Below, piece after piece: positions 60,602 through 64,000 of a stretch of 64,000 bases of DNA; the first letter of the stretch is position 1, and each line of letters begins with the position of its first letter. The stretch lies in the NCBI GenBank assembly GCA_964188305.1, contig OZ076888.1, one strand, 5' to 3'. A program made the translations under genes and the position numbers. The notes under the pieces were generated by a model. That model saw only the letters and a list, made by a program, of their open reading frames with translations, did no database searches and was not told the origin of the DNA. This stretch comes from Podarcis bocagei (taxonomy: Eukaryota).

Positions 60602-60838
60602 TTGTGCCACTAATCCAAATGCGATAAATTGTGTGCATTGTTTTAAAAGTCACATTAACTTGGCACGTGTGCTCGAATGCATCTTTCCAAGCTCTTGCTA
60701 CAGCTAGAATAAAACTGTAATCAGATTATTGACTTTTAGCTTCTGTAGCAGTAGCTGGGGGTGGGCGCATGGTATATTTTATTTATTTGTGGAATGCCTG
60801 GTCTTATGTTTTGTTTTTGTTTTGTTCTGTTTTAAATA

Positions 60839-61070
60839 CAGTCATACCTCGGGTTACAGACGCTTCAGGTTGTGCATTTTCGGGTTGCACACTGCGCCGA
60901 ACCCAGAAGTACCGGAACAGGTTACTTCCAGGTTTCGATGCTCGCACGTGCGCAGATGTGCTAAATCGCACTTTGCACATGTGCAGAAATGCCAAATTGC
61001 GACCCGCGCGTGCTCAGATGCAGTGCTGTGGGTTGCAAATGGATCACATTCGCAACGCGAGCGTCCACTG
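60839..61070. mobile_element. Tc1/mariner-type MITE
   Basis: TA|cagtcatacctcgggttac...gcaacgcgagcgtccactg|TA; CpG-rich and internally palindromic. Confidence 0.78.
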
Positions 61071-63239
61071 TACCCTATTTGCTCTGGCTTTCATTTAATG
61101 GCTCATGCCACCAACAAGCCTTATTAGTATGACCTGGATATAATATTTGAGGGAGGTGGGGGAAGCGAGATTAAAAAGCCACCTGCATTGACTCCTGTTT
61201 GGGTTAAGCAGGCACCTCTGCTTACTTAGATACAAATATGTAGCACAGGGGTGACTGAGGAACATGTTGCCTCAACTAGATCAACCTTAGCAAAAAAATT
61301 TAACAACAAAGCAAATTACTGTGTTTGTTTGTTTTTTATGATGGCAGACAGGTAAGCTGTTGGATGTCCATGGAAAACCAGTGAGGGTTTTCACCTGAAT
61401 AAATGGTATGGTTATGTTTGGCAAGCAGGCATTGCCTAAAAATAAAAATAAAAAAATATATATGAAGCAAATCAGAGAGGCCAGGGGCTAAACAATGACT
61501 TTTGAAAAGCTTGGCACTGTTTCATTTTCTGCATAGCTAAGAATTCAGGAACTATATGACACTGTCAGGAATGGCTTGTAGGTTACAAGAGGAAAAATGC
61601 ATGGATGGCTCTTGCTTTTTTGGTAGCAAAATATATTGCCTATTGTTTATCTATGTTTGTTTATATAAAGTGTGTTTTTTTAAAAAAAACAAACCAGCCC
61701 AATGGCAGACAGAATTGAATTTGAAAAGGCAGAACATCATTGGTCTCCTGGATGGACCAAGCAGCTGCTCAAGTCCAGCTCAGCTTTATTGAAGCTCATA
61801 TATAGAGCCCTGTTCAGTTGTTAGTCAAGTACAAAGCTCCTGTGTGGCCCTGCCTTCAGCCTTCATAAGTACAGCCTGCGCCACCACATTTGCTATGTGC
61901 GAAGCCAGAAGGAACAAGTACAACAAGGGGGCTGGGCTAAAGGTGTGATTCCACAGCCCTTTGTTAACGAGCTGAATAGAGTTGTTGTCTTACCCCCATC
62001 CATCTCCATCCATTAATAAAGAGTGATGCAAGGAAAGAAATTCTCTGATAAACACGCAGACATGTAAAGCTGTTAAAACATTCTGCAAAGAGGTTTTGGG
62101 GATTATACATTGCACATTGTACATATAGATCACCCTGCATGACTCAAAAGTTAGTACTTCTTCCTGTATTATATTGAGAGGATTAGCAGCAGCTTCTCTA
62201 CAAGGAGATCATCCTATTCTGTTTACATGACTAGAATGAAGGCTGCTAGATACTGGAAAAGCTTCTCTAGATGTTCAATCCAGAACTGAATCCATAGAAC
62301 TGAAAATGTTAATGTATCAAAATAGACCAGCAGGAGAGGGCAGTTAAAGAGATTCCTTCAAAACATGGTTTCTTTTCATCTCTCAAGTCAATAAATATGT
62401 GCCAGGGATTCTTTTTCCATCATTGTATTTATTCTTTTGGAAAGATTATAATGTAATTATGTTGCATTCTAGTCTAGAAATACTTGTGGCTGCAGTCATT
62501 TGTATGTGTTATGTGCTAACCCACCTTTGTTTTGTCATGTTGCAATATGTACACTTGTGCTTCAATAAAATATTATTTTAAAGGTCTGAATGTAAGAAGC
62601 GGATTTGGAAAATAAGCCACGTTCCCATACGATGTAATTAAATCTGTGGACAGCATGTGCATGTGGTTAGTTAGTACATTCATGTTTATGACTACAGGGT
62701 GAAGTAAGTGAGAGCTAGCTGCTGGAGAAATCAAAGTACTGAAAGCTGCTTGTTTGGCCATTTCTGTTTTCATAGTAAGAAAAAATATTACCTCCCTCTC
62801 CTACATTTCATTCTGGTGGTGTCATAATGGCCTGCGATCCCAAGGTCTATGCTTGTGTGTAAAAATACACCAAGCTACCTAATTCTGGTAACTGGAGGAA
62901 GTTAATTGGTACACTGTGTAACTCAGCACTCAAAATTACAGCAATCTGCTTTTGCGTTTCTCTGAGACGTTTTGTTAAATTAGCAGGATTGGTTAAGTCT
63001 GGTGACTGCCAGGAGCTTTTTGCTTTCCATAACTCAGCTATCGGGTAACCTTAGTCTTGTACAGTTCAATATGCTACTCCTTGGCTGTGGGTGTTAAAAA
63101 TTCATTTGTAAAAAAATCTCAATTTCTGGCAATAGTGTAATGCTAGGGGCATGGCTGAACAGTGCAAGTGAAAGCTGTGCATGTCTGAATGATCAGGAAT
63201 GTTAGTTACTATCATTGCCTTACTGCTAAATGTTATGTA

Positions 63240-63400
63240 TTTTATTGCATTTCTAGCCTACCACTTCTCCAAGGAGCGCAAGGTTTCACCACCGTCTCGT
63301 TTAATATCCATAACACCCCTGTGAGGTAGGTTAGGCTGAGAGGCAGTGACTGGTGAGCTTCATGGCAGAGTGGGGATTTGAACCCTGGTCTCCACCACAC
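63240..63400 (-). mobile_element. tRNA/CORE-type SINE remnant (Squam3/MIR-like)
   Basis: cccctgtgaggtaggttaggctgagag...ggggatttgaaccctggtctc, i.e. B-box and CORE complement. Confidence 0.6.
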
Positions 63401-64000
63401 TGGAATGACTTTAAATTAAGTTAGTTGCATGTAAGTAAGAGCTGAAAGAGGTTCAAAAAGTGTTCCCAATAGAAATTTACAAGATACGTGTCCTTGGCTG
63501 CTTTGCCATTTTCTATCAGCTGCCTTTATCCACTGGGCAAATGGTGATTATATACCTGGGCCAAAAAGATGTGGGAAGACTGGTTTTTTACATTTTTTGT
63601 GAACAAATCTAAATAGCACCTTTATTTCTCAGTTTATGTGCTTATACAAGTTGCCTTGAAGGCCTGATTTGGGATGAAAGGCAATCTTTTAAAAAAACAC
63701 AGCAAAAGTTGAGCAGAATCAAAGGTTTTGCAGAAGGTCCTAGGTCCAGTCCCTGGCATTTTCAGCTGAAAGGCAGGTATGTAGGAGACCTTGAGGAGCT
63801 GTGACCAATCTGAGCAGATAGTACAAAGCTGGGTGGAGCAGCATGACTCAGTATAAAGACAGTATAAGAACAAGTGATTCATACATTCATAACCTTGTGA
63901 ACTAGCTTGAAAAAGAAAAATGCAGTGTACACAAGCCCTTGTGCAAGGAGCCTCTTAACACAGAGCATTGGGGAGCGTTGCTATTAAATAAATACTCCTT

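Noticed and set aside
61700-64000. NGEF coding sequence expected from synteny
   Set aside because: No DH/PH/SH3-like frame is visible; at most untranslated sequence, which I cannot support.

Overview
Vertebrate genomic DNA, almost certainly a squamate and probably a lacertid lizard (inferred from Sauria SINEs and the MITE repertoire). Gene order matches the human 2q37.1 block. (1) KCNJ13/Kir7.1 on the minus strand: two coding exons, 365 aa, plus a candidate non-coding exon 1 with TATA/CCAAT at about 10.6-10.9 kb, nested antisense in a large GIGYF2 intron. (2) The last 21 coding exons of GIGYF2 on the plus strand (17475-40413); splice phases chain without a break and the last intron is GC-AG. 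(3) SNORC/C2orf82 on the plus strand, 3 exons, 121 aa. Introns hold a decayed but structurally complete DIRS1-type retrotransposon (ITRs plus ICR), two 5'-truncated L1-like inserts with TSDs, Tc1/mariner and hAT MITEs, a nested hAT/L1/L2 composite, SINEs and microsatellites. The most interesting unexplained signal is a small exon-like segment at 11217-11265, beside the KCNJ13 promoter on the opposite strand. It could give GIGYF2 an alternative N-terminus (MWCTGYRYPRDQ) or act as a poison exon. Gene and repeat-family names come from my recall of the families, not from database searches.
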